Positions 48,409 through 56,687 of a stretch of DNA of 64,000 bases are shown here, in pieces; the first letter of the stretch is position 1, and every line of letters starts with the position of its first letter. This DNA is from a virus. Lineage: Duplodnaviria; Caudoviricetes. Under the pieces are notes generated by a model that did no database searches, was not told the DNA's origin, and worked only from the letters and a program-made list of their open reading frames with translations. Location of the stretch: positions 892 through 64,891 of IMG/VR virus record IMGVR_UViG_3300025120_000040. One strand, given 5' to 3'. The translations under genes were made by a program, and so were the position numbers.

Positions 48409-49431
48409 ATGGCGTTCTTTAAAAAGTTAGCCTGCTTCACGGACATACACTTCGGCCTTAAAGGCAACAGTCGTATACACAACGATGACTGCGAAGAGTT
48501 CGTGCAATGGTTCATATCACAGGCCAAGGCCGAAGGTTGTGAGACCTGTATATTCCTGGGAGATTGGCACCATCACAGGTCAGCAACAAATGTTTCCACG
48601 ATGAACTACACAGTTTCAAACATGGAAAGACTGGGTGCGGCATTTGAAAATGTGTATGTGATCATGGGAAATCATGATCTGTATTACAGGGACAAGAGAG
48701 AAATCAACTCGATGGAATACATCAGGAACATTCCAAACATACACATTGTGAATGAATGGTTAGTGGAGGAGGATGTTGCAATCATACCGTGGGTTGTCGG
48801 AGACGAATGGAAAAAAATTGAGAAAATGAAACAGAAGTACGTGTTTGGACATTTCGAATTGCCTTACTTCAAAATGAACGCAATGGTAGAAATGCCGGAT
48901 GTTGGCGGAATACAAACAGATCATTTTGCAGGTTGTAAGCAAGTGTTTTCAGGACACTTTCATAAAAGACAGCAAATGAAAAACGTAACTTACATGGGTA
49001 ATGCATTTCCACACAACTATGCAGACGCATGGGATGACGACAGAGGCATGATGATCATTGATTATGGAAAAGAACCCAAGTATATCAACTGGCCCGAGAT
49101 GCCAAGATATATCACAATAAAAGTGTCTGAATTACTAGAAGACCCAGACAAGTATCTAAAACCGAAGATGTATGTGAGGGTGACCTTAGACATAAAAATT
49201 AGTTACGAGGAGGCAAACTTTGTAAGAGAAACATTCATAGACAAATACCAATTGAGAGAACTACAACTAATACCAGAACAGGTGGACAATGCACAACAAC
49301 CGCTAGTAGAAGTGCAGAAGTTTGACAGCGTCGATCAAATCGTTATCAAACAATTACAAGGTGTAGACTCAGAAGTCTATGACAAGAATGTATTAACAGC
49401 AATTTACAACGATCTAGATGTCACAAATTAG
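48409..49431 (+). CDS. gp47: recombination endonuclease subunit (Mre11/SbcD-like)
   Basis: DIHFG, GDWHH, GNHD, GHFE and SGHFH metallophosphoesterase motifs. Confidence 0.93.
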   Translation: MAFFKKLACFTDIHFGLKGNSRIHNDDCEEFVQWFISQAKAEGCETCIFLGDWHHHRSATNVSTMNYTVSNMERLGAAFENVYVIMGNHDLYYRDKREINSMEYIRNIPNIHIVNEWLVEEDVAIIPWVVGDEWKKIEKMKQKYVFGHFELPYFKMNAMVEMPDVGGIQTDHFAGCKQVFSGHFHKRQQMKNVTYMGNAFPHNYADAWDDDRGMMIIDYGKEPKYINWPEMPRYITIKVSELLEDPDKYLKPKMYVRVTLDIKISYEEANFVRETFIDKYQLRELQLIPEQVDNAQQPLVEVQKFDSVDQIVIKQLQGVDSEVYDKNVLTAIYNDLDVTN

Positions 49432-49582
49432 TAAAAAAAAATTAATAAAAGTTTTAAAGGGAGACCTTGAAGAACCTGTAACCAAACAATCACTCTTGGA
49501 TCAACTTGCAAAACCTGTAACACAGGAAGAATGGTTAAGAGGATATAAAGAATGGAAGAAAAAACAACTTGCTAACAATTAA
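49418..49582 (+). CDS. small hypothetical protein, 54 aa
   Basis: Read manually: MSQISKKKLIKVLKGDLEEPVTKQSLLDQLAKPVTQEEWLRGYKEWKKKQLANN; bridges gp47 and gp46. Confidence 0.55.
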   Translation: MSQISKKKLIKVLKGDLEEPVTKQSLLDQLAKPVTQEEWLRGYKEWKKKQLANN

Positions 49583-51344
49583 AGAACTAACAGTAAAGAA
49601 CTTCATGAGTGTGGGCAACCAGGCCCAAGCAATTAACTTCGCCGACAAGAGCCTTGTGCTTGTGATCGGTGAGAACATGGATCTAGGTGGCGACGATGCA
49701 GGTGCTAGGAACGGCACAGGAAAGACCACAATCATTAATGCATTGAGTTACGTGTTCTTTGGAGAAGCTCTGACAAACATCAGGAGGGATAATCTAGTAA
49801 ACAAGACCAATGAGAAAGGCATGCTAGTTGGTGTTAAGTTTGTGAAAAATGGAATTACCTATACAATCGAGAGAGGGCGTAAGCCACAGATATTTAGATT
49901 CTATGCTAACGACATAGAACAAAAAACGGAAAGCAACGAAGCACAAGGTGAGAACAGAGAAACACAAGTAGAAATAAACAAGTTGATGGGCATGACACAC
50001 TCCATGTTCAAGAACATAATTGCGTTGAACACTTACACACAACCGTTCCTGTCGACGAAACAGGCAGAGCAGAGAGAGATAATCGAGCAGTTGCTTGGTA
50101 TAACACTACTTTCACAAAAAGCAGATCTGTTAAAGGAAAAACAGAAAGCAACAAAACAGATGCTTACTGAAGAAAAATTAAAAATAGATGCTAGGGTTGC
50201 CAGTAATGAAAAGATACAGGAGTCCATAGAAAGCCTACAGATAAGATCAAATGCTTGGGACAAACAGAAGCAGGAGGACATAAAAAGTTTCCAGGAAGCA
50301 ATCGCAGAATTAGAGAAAGTGGACAGTGAGATAGAGATAGCCAAACACAAAAAATTACAGAAACATACTGAGATGCAAACTGCGTTAAGAAGTCTGCAGA
50401 AAGAGAAAGCATATCATGAAGATTCGCTAACCAAAGCAGAAAGTACAGTAACTAAGACCGAAGCAGACTTGGAATACACTAAACAACAAAAATGTCCCAC
50501 ATGTGAACAATCACTGCACGATGACAAGCACGAACTCTTGGTTGGAAAACTAAAAACACAACTTACAGAATCAACAGAATACGTGACAAAATTACAAAGT
50601 GACCTTGCAAAAATACAAGGGGGCATAGATGAGATCGGTGACCTTGGACAGATTCCAGACACGTATTATGATACCATAGACGAAGCGTACAATCACAAAG
50701 GTTCGTTGCAGGATCTAAAAAGACAGTTAGATCAAACTGAGAAAAAAGCAGACACATATGCTGAACAGATATCGGAGATGAAGAAATCTGCAATACAAAA
50801 ATTAGATTATGAGAAAGCAAACGAGCTAGAAGATCTGCACAGGCACCAGGACTTCTTATACAAACTGTTAACAGCAAAAGATTCATTCATAAGAACAAGA
50901 ATCATAGAACAGAATCTAACATATCTGAATCAAAGACTAGCATACTTCCTGGGCAAAGTAAAACTGCCACACACAGTCACCTTCCAATCAGACCTAACTG
51001 TGCGTATTGAGGAACTGGGCAGGGAACTGGATTTTGACAACTTGAGCAGGGGAGAAAGAAACAGGCTGATCCTAAGTTTAAGTTGGGCATTCAGAGATGT
51101 GTGGGAGAGCCTTTATCAACAGATCAACTTGTTGTTTATAGACGAACTCGTGGACGCTGGTATGGACATATCGGGTGTTGAAAGTTCTATGGCAGTGTTG
51201 AAGGACATGAGCAGGACACAGAAGAAGAATATTTTCTTAATATCCCACAAGGACGAACTGGTAAGTAGAGTAAATTCAGTATTAAAAGTTGTAAAAGAAA
51301 ATGGATTCACAAATTATGCTAACGACGTGGACATTATAGTGTAG
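49569..51344 (+). CDS. gp46: recombination ATPase subunit (Rad50/SbcC-like)
   Basis: TTG start; KNFMSVGN, NGTGKTT, CPTC zinc hook, LSRGE, LFIDE, ISH. Confidence 0.93.
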   Translation: MLTIKELTVKNFMSVGNQAQAINFADKSLVLVIGENMDLGGDDAGARNGTGKTTIINALSYVFFGEALTNIRRDNLVNKTNEKGMLVGVKFVKNGITYTIERGRKPQIFRFYANDIEQKTESNEAQGENRETQVEINKLMGMTHSMFKNIIALNTYTQPFLSTKQAEQREIIEQLLGITLLSQKADLLKEKQKATKQMLTEEKLKIDARVASNEKIQESIESLQIRSNAWDKQKQEDIKSFQEAIAELEKVDSEIEIAKHKKLQKHTEMQTALRSLQKEKAYHEDSLTKAESTVTKTEADLEYTKQQKCPTCEQSLHDDKHELLVGKLKTQLTESTEYVTKLQSDLAKIQGGIDEIGDLGQIPDTYYDTIDEAYNHKGSLQDLKRQLDQTEKKADTYAEQISEMKKSAIQKLDYEKANELEDLHRHQDFLYKLLTAKDSFIRTRIIEQNLTYLNQRLAYFLGKVKLPHTVTFQSDLTVRIEELGRELDFDNLSRGERNRLILSLSWAFRDVWESLYQQINLLFIDELVDAGMDISGVESSMAVLKDMSRTQKKNIFLISHKDELVSRVNSVLKVVKENGFTNYANDVDIIV

Positions 51345-51346
51345 AC

Positions 51347-52423
51347 ATGTTTTGCACACAACCGTTCAATCATATAGATGTTATTGTAGAAAACAGCAAA
51401 GTGATGTTGCAACCATGTAACGTTTGGGGCTCAAAAAAATTCAGCATAGAAGAATACAAAAATAGCATATCTCAATTAAAAGATACCATGGCAAGTTCCT
51501 ACCATTATCCAGGATGTAGGATCTGCTGGGCTGAAGATAAAAAAAATATCCGATCCAGACGTGTGGCACAGAACCAATTCTCAGAGGATAACGAGTTATC
51601 AACACAAAAACTACAAAGTCTAGGTGTGAGATATGGTACCTTGTGTAACAGCAAGTGCATGATTTGTAGTCATACTAGATCTTCGTCCTGGGTACCAGAT
51701 GCAGAAAAATTAGGGATCAAAATAGAAGAACAGTACAAGTACAAAAAAAACTTACTGCCCGGGGTTGATATTTTCTTTGATAATTTTGATCTAGATGATT
51801 TGAGATATGTGGAATTCCACGGCGGTGAACCGTTGATGCAAAGTTATCCTGCTGATTTCCTAAAGAAGATAAAAAAATTAGATCAGTTAATTGTGAAATT
51901 CAACACTAACCTGACTGTGCTACCGTCGAACGACTTAAATGCATTATTGAAGAAATGTAAAAGAGTAGATTTCTTGTTAAGCGTTGACGACATAGGAGAG
52001 CGTTATGAGATGTTGCGATATCCGGGTAAATGGGATATATTTGTAAAGAACATGGAAATAATAAAAAAACAAAATTATAGAACAATGGCGTACAATGCAC
52101 TATCGTCATTGAACATTTTTTATGCCGTAGAGTTTTACAAATGGGCAACGAAAAACTTTGGCACTGAGGTGCATTCTCAGTTTGTAGTTGACCAGGAACA
52201 CTTAGATATAAGTTATCTCCCGCAACAAGCCAAAAACATAGTATTAGAAAAAATAAAAAATTATAAAGGTAAAATATTTGATTCGATAAGGCAACAGTTG
52301 AACATACAAAAAGAAGACCGTAAAGAGGAATTATTAAAGTACATCAAAGATCTAGATCGTATTAGAAAAACAAACTACCCGGTCACTTTCAAGGAATGGT
52401 ACACAATATTAAACAAAAGATAG
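51347..52423 (+). CDS. radical SAM protein with N-terminal twitch domain
   Basis: CTQPF..PC..CRICW, CNSKCMIC, GGEPL, FNTN. Confidence 0.88.
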   Translation: MFCTQPFNHIDVIVENSKVMLQPCNVWGSKKFSIEEYKNSISQLKDTMASSYHYPGCRICWAEDKKNIRSRRVAQNQFSEDNELSTQKLQSLGVRYGTLCNSKCMICSHTRSSSWVPDAEKLGIKIEEQYKYKKNLLPGVDIFFDNFDLDDLRYVEFHGGEPLMQSYPADFLKKIKKLDQLIVKFNTNLTVLPSNDLNALLKKCKRVDFLLSVDDIGERYEMLRYPGKWDIFVKNMEIIKKQNYRTMAYNALSSLNIFYAVEFYKWATKNFGTEVHSQFVVDQEHLDISYLPQQAKNIVLEKIKNYKGKIFDSIRQQLNIQKEDRKEELLKYIKDLDRIRKTNYPVTFKEWYTILNKR

Positions 52424-52439
52424 TATTTTCTGGCAACGC

Positions 52440-53267
52440 CTAAAATTTTCCGGATCTCAATAAATTACTCACACCAAAACTTTTATTTTCATCTCCTTTA
52501 TGAACAACGTGTATTAAATTTGTTGGCTTAACACCTATACTATCACAAATTTTAAAATATTTTTCTCCATAGGTATTCCATCCATAGTCTCTTGGAATAT
52601 TTTGCACAGCATATGCGCCACATGAACTTAAATTTCCGTTTGTGTGGGGTTGATAATAGTGATTAAACATAGTGATGCTGTCCATTGTTCTTTGTTTGCA
52701 CCACCTTAGACCAATTCTGTTCCATTGCATAGAATACTTACTGATACTCATTCCTACACTTGAAATAGACGGATGCTCAAAATCTATTTCTATCCCTTTA
52801 GACAAAGTTAACCAAGCCATGTCTATGTGAATGTCTATATTCTTTTGTTCACATTCTTTAAGAACATCATTCCATTCAGGTCTCAATCCACCCCATGTAT
52901 AATGCGGCAGTGTTATGATCAATGGTTTATTTTTTTCAAGATTACCAACCTCAACTCCCCATTTACCCATGAAAGAATAATAGGCATATTCTTGATTGAG
53001 CACCTGAAAACCATCAAATCCATGTTTTCCTACGAATGACTCTATATAATGAGTATTACCCATGGTAACATCCTTATAGGGGAAATTGCTTAATCCTTGT
53101 AAGTCGTTGACTTTGGTAGAACTGAACCAGTCGTGTAAAATGGGTACGCAGTCTTTATTTTTCACATAAGGATGAGACTCTTCCAACCATTTGTTTTTAA
53201 CATTATCTAGAAAATCATCGTGCAGTGGTATTAATTCTTGTGTAAGATTTTTATCAGAAATTATCAT
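52440..53267 (-). CDS. PLP-dependent transferase-fold protein
   Basis: IHIDMAW (HxDxA), SISK (candidate Schiff-base Lys), RIG. Confidence 0.55.
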   Translation of the reverse strand: MIISDKNLTQELIPLHDDFLDNVKNKWLEESHPYVKNKDCVPILHDWFSSTKVNDLQGLSNFPYKDVTMGNTHYIESFVGKHGFDGFQVLNQEYAYYSFMGKWGVEVGNLEKNKPLIITLPHYTWGGLRPEWNDVLKECEQKNIDIHIDMAWLTLSKGIEIDFEHPSISSVGMSISKYSMQWNRIGLRWCKQRTMDSITMFNHYYQPHTNGNLSSCGAYAVQNIPRDYGWNTYGEKYFKICDSIGVKPTNLIHVVHKGDENKSFGVSNLLRSGKF

Positions 53268-53755
53268 AATCTATTTTGTATCCAGTCTATTAGAAATTTG
53301 TATACCGGAGATCTAAAATCAAACTCCCATTGGCCATTGTGACCTAATGCAGTGGTGCCATTTAAGGTGTCACTTAATTGAATGCCTTGATTTCTTTGTT
53401 CTGTGGCCCACTGCACTGGATATATTGGCGTGTACACACATCTATGGCTTATTAAATTTTTTAGGTCTATGTTATCAATCTTGATTTTCTCCATCGTCAA
53501 CATCTGAGATTCTAAAGAACCGTCTGGCAAAAATTTTGTATCTCGATTTGTTTTTCCGGATCTCAAAATTTTAATTTTGTGTATATCATCAAAACTACAC
53601 TTTTTTTGGAAACGTAAGTGGATGTCCTTTTTCACATGATCCTCAAAAAACACGTCATCATCTATCATAAGTTTCATGAAGGGAGGATTCAAAAAATATT
53701 CAGATTTTACCCAAAAATCAAAATAGATCTTTTCAGAGTTTGTAAAATCTAACAT
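53264..53755 (-). CDS. hypothetical protein
   Basis: 163-aa ORF, AAGGA RBS, ATGA overlap with the downstream gene. Confidence 0.7.
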   Translation of the reverse strand: MLDFTNSEKIYFDFWVKSEYFLNPPFMKLMIDDDVFFEDHVKKDIHLRFQKKCSFDDIHKIKILRSGKTNRDTKFLPDGSLESQMLTMEKIKIDNIDLKNLISHRCVYTPIYPVQWATEQRNQGIQLSDTLNGTTALGHNGQWEFDFRSPVYKFLIDWIQNRL

Positions 53756-53901
53756 ATGTACTTTTCCTTAAATTGTTGGTAACGTATACCATTTAAATTT
53801 ACCAATGTTGCATTTTCTATTGACTAACTCACATCTTATGTGCTTAAATGTAACATATGTTAATTAATTATATCGTACGACAATAGAAGGAGAAAAAACA
53901 T

Positions 53902-54096
53902 ATGTCAAATGAAACACATGATGCTATCATGACAGCAATTCAAACTTACTCAGAAGAGAATGGTAAGTTCGTTGATAAGGGCGTGAAAGCCTCTGCAACA
54001 AGAGCCAGAAAGGCCCTAGCAGAATTATCTAAACTGATCAAAGCAAGAAGAAAAGAGATCCAAGAAGTTAAGAATGCGGCTAAAACAGCGGCGTAA
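53902..54096 (+). CDS. histone H1-like (Hc1-type) small basic protein
   Basis: KF.DKGVKASATRARKALAELSKLIKARRKEIQE; strong AGGAG RBS and its own terminator. Confidence 0.75.
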   Translation: MSNETHDAIMTAIQTYSEENGKFVDKGVKASATRARKALAELSKLIKARRKEIQEVKNAAKTAA

Positions 54097-54118
54097 TTTT
54101 CTTTAACATTTAAAGTTT

Positions 54119-54153
54119 AAAACCCTCGGCTTTTACGAGTCGGGGGTTTTTTT
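54119..54153 (+). terminator. rho-independent terminator, probably bidirectional
   Basis: AAAACCCTCGGCT-TTTACG-AGTCGGGGGTTTT hairpin followed by a T-run, between convergent genes. Confidence 0.85.
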
Positions 54154-55186
54154 ATAAGAGAGAAAAAAGCTCGGGCAGATGATCTGCAAATTTCAATTTA
54201 CTAAACCTATCTTGTCTTTCTAAATTATCCATCATCTTTACCGACGATGACGAGGTCCCTCTCCACTCTACCGTTTTCTTTTTAAAGAACATAGGATTAT
54301 TTTTTTCAACCTCTGTCCCGACATGTTTAGCAAGATTATCGTAAGCAAACTCCGGAGGGTAAGTTACTAGATTCAGTTCTACCTTACGGGGGAGGAGTTT
54401 AAAAAGATTAAGCACGATATCATCGATGTAAAATACGTTCAAGTTGCTAATCGTAACGTATGTCGATAAATGGTCAATTCCAAAATTTTTAATGTACTGT
54501 TTGATATTGTCTCGTACCTGATTCCATTTTGCTGGTTGTCGTATGTATTCAAATATTTTTCCATATCCATCAAGAGAGAAACATATGTTAAACTTTTTAA
54601 AACTAGATAGCAACTCTATCTGCTTCTGTGTCAGTTCCACTGTTCCATTTGTTTGTAAGGAGAATGATTTATCCTTGTCCAGTATCGATAGGTAATTCCA
54701 TAGTGATGCAGACTTTAGTGTTTCTCCGCCTATAAACTCTATGTGCTTAATTTTGTGTATATCTTGTACATCAGACGCTTTAATATCTGTTATTACTTTC
54801 ATGTCTTTGAATTTCTCGGCTCTAACTTGTGACAGATCAAAATACACATTTTGATATTTCTTCAGCCATGACGTGCTTACCATTGGATTACATGTCACGC
54901 AGTAAAGATTACACACATTACCAACAGGTATCACTGCCGTACTTACTGACCGTTCCGTCTGTGCTAGATTTTCTTTATATGTTTCGTTGGCTATTTGTCT
55001 TTTTGACTTTATCCCCAATGCCTCTGTTTTCCAACAGCCGTTGCAGAACCTACTTTGGCGATTGTTTCTGTGGTCATCTAATAATTGATCTGTGTCCCTG
55101 TCTGCTTTGAAATCACCTAAAATACAACAAGGCGCATCAAACTGGTAGTCTTGATTTATAAATGGTAGTACACACTTATTCCCCAT
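54152..55186 (-). CDS. radical SAM protein with N-terminal twitch domain
   Basis: CVLPF..PCC..CNGCW, CNLYCVTC, GGET, QTNG. Confidence 0.88.
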   Translation of the reverse strand: MGNKCVLPFINQDYQFDAPCCILGDFKADRDTDQLLDDHRNNRQSRFCNGCWKTEALGIKSKRQIANETYKENLAQTERSVSTAVIPVGNVCNLYCVTCNPMVSTSWLKKYQNVYFDLSQVRAEKFKDMKVITDIKASDVQDIHKIKHIEFIGGETLKSASLWNYLSILDKDKSFSLQTNGTVELTQKQIELLSSFKKFNICFSLDGYGKIFEYIRQPAKWNQVRDNIKQYIKNFGIDHLSTYVTISNLNVFYIDDIVLNLFKLLPRKVELNLVTYPPEFAYDNLAKHVGTEVEKNNPMFFKKKTVEWRGTSSSSVKMMDNLERQDRFSKLKFADHLPELFSLL

Positions 55187-55589
55187 TTTTTAATATCCCT
55201 TTTCCATGCACACGCACACGGATGTGTCCATTGTAGTATTCGTTGGTCTCTAAAACCTTACGTGAAAATTGTTCACGTGCCTCCACGTAGGACAATTCCG
55301 ATTTGGACTTGCAGTAGAAAAGTATCTCTCTTGCGAACTTGTCTTTACCAATTTTGTTGACATCGATCGTGAGGTCATCACTGGATCCATAGTAGTCCTG
55401 CCAGTCAGAGTCCACTTTGTACCTACGCTTGTTCTTTCTGCCTTTGAGGGGTGGTCTGGATCTTTTGAATCTCGCAAGTTTCTTGCCTATGTACATCCTG
55501 CCGTTGGTTGTATTCGTTATGAGATACACGAATCCGACTATGTCTTCTGGAATGTTGGTAATTTCTTTTCCTTGGTACGTCCAATGCAT
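55176..55589 (-). CDS. small GIY-YIG endonuclease, 137 aa
   Basis: GFVYLITN..NGRMYIGKK...YYGSS...REIL...E...YYN. Start taken at 55589 (MHWTYQG); the track's extension to 55868 overlaps the structured element. Confidence 0.85.
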   Translation of the reverse strand: MHWTYQGKEITNIPEDIVGFVYLITNTTNGRMYIGKKLARFKRSRPPLKGRKNKRRYKVDSDWQDYYGSSDDLTIDVNKIGKDKFAREILFYCKSKSELSYVEAREQFSRKVLETNEYYNGHIRVRVHGKGILKNGE

Positions 55590-55612
55590 GATGGTATTTA
55601 AAGCCAAAAAGA

Positions 55613-55641
55613 TTGACTCTAAATTAAAACTCATATAAACA
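55613..55641 (+). promoter_or_regulatory. candidate promoter for the structured RNA
   Basis: TTGACT at 55613-55618 followed by TATAAACA at 55634-55641 (sigma70-like, or a one-mismatch late promoter). Confidence 0.45.
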
Positions 55642-55643
55642 AG

Positions 55644-56075
55644 TGCGATAGGCAAACAAAAATTTCTTAAAAATTTCCAACAGGCAAACATAGCATCGCA
55701 ACCAGTGAGCAAGGAAATGCGGCTAACAAGCGACAGGTGAATCCTTAGATGCACACAGCAAAAAATGATGGGGCTCTTAGAAAAAGTTAATCCCCAGGTC
55801 GACCAAGAACTATTATACAAGGGTTTGGTGGACTCGCGTTGTAATGAATGAGCAAATGGGTACAGCACAACCGCCCAACTCCGGTAGCGATGTATAGTGA
55901 CTGCGAACTCACCACAGGGTTCAAGTCGGTTCGGCTAGAAATAGCCGAATTGTGACTGCTCATCTACCACAGGGCACGCAATATGCGTGTACCGTTAATT
56001 TTTACTTTGCGTAAGCGTAAATTGAGAAAACGAAACGAGCGTAAGCGAAGTTTCAGATGGCGTAAGCCGTCTCTG
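55644..56075 (+). ncRNA. candidate large structured non-coding RNA (~430 nt), family unknown
   Basis: More than 10 helices including long-range pairs (55726-33/55834-42, 55848-54/55957-63); GAAA and GUAA tetraloops; G-U pairs that favour the + strand; no credible ORF. Confidence 0.65.
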
Positions 56076-56083
56076 ACAATCAA

Positions 56084-56404
56084 CTATTCGTTGTCTTCTG
56101 GCTTTTCTGATGTGTCGGATTGTTCTATTGTGGAATCGTCATGTATGCCACGGATTTTTTGCAGTGCTTCCTCTAGCAGTTTGTCCTTGGTCTCCAACCT
56201 GGCCTTCAGCTCTGCTATCACCTTGTTCTGATCACCTATCTTGTGTCCCAGACTCTGCACGTCTGCCGTGGAGTGTTCCAGTTTGATCAGAACCTGCTTG
56301 TTCCGACTATCCTTGGATTTCATTTTCTCCAAGGCATCATCACGGTCTTTTGTGATTTCTACGATTGCTGATTTGAGTTCTTTGACTAGGTCTTTTTCGG
56401 ACAT
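56084..56404 (-). CDS. coiled-coil hypothetical protein
   Basis: 106-aa ORF with a heptad pattern. Confidence 0.7.
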   Translation of the reverse strand: MSEKDLVKELKSAIVEITKDRDDALEKMKSKDSRNKQVLIKLEHSTADVQSLGHKIGDQNKVIAELKARLETKDKLLEEALQKIRGIHDDSTIEQSDTSEKPEDNE

Positions 56405-56456
56405 ATGTAAGTGTTAATTATCTGCATTTTGGAATACCATTATAGTATACTATATC

Positions 56457-56687
56457 TTAGAAGAAAGGTTGACCGCTTTTTTTAGTAGTTTCCATGTTCT
56501 CTTTTACCAGTTGTGCTACCACACCACGTTCCTCCGGCGAAAGATTAAGTGCTTCCTGCCAGGTGATGCCGCCACGCATGAACCAACACACTTTCATTGT
56601 TTCGAGTTTGAGATTCTTGACTTCGTTGTCGAAGTCCTTTAGGTAGGAAACAATTTCAGAGTTCCCCTTTGTCAGTAGCGTTACCCG
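56457..56687 (-). CDS. -1 frame extension of the gp26-like gene (gp51/GT-like tail assembly chaperone)
   Basis: Open frame RVTLLTKGNSEIVSYLKDFDNEVKNLKLETMKVCWFMRGGITWQEALNLSPEER...PFF; internal ATG at 56597; missing from the ORF track. Confidence 0.7.
   Translation of the reverse strand, partial: RVTLLTKGNSEIVSYLKDFDNEVKNLKLETMKVCWFMRGGITWQEALNLSPEERGVVAQLVKENMETTKKSGQPFF

Noticed and set aside
55590-55868. 93-aa N-terminal extension of the GIY-YIG ORF given in the track
   Set aside because: It is antisense to the structured element and not protein-like; the GIY-YIG domain starts at MHWTY just after a TAAATA box.
55700-55880. Resemblance to RNase P RNA (AGGAAA..., ACAACCGCC) or a self-splicing intron
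   Set aside because: No GAGGAAAGUCC/ACAGAA..CGGCUUA pair, no group I P7 or group II domain V seen, and no interrupted host gene. Rfam was not searched.
55897-55974. CRISPR array interpretation of the direct repeat
   Set aside because: Only two imperfect copies and no cas genes in the window.
55983-56231. 82-aa Arg/Lys-rich + strand ORF
   Set aside because: Produced by the GCGTAAGC hairpins and overlaps the convergent gene 56084..56404; no RBS.
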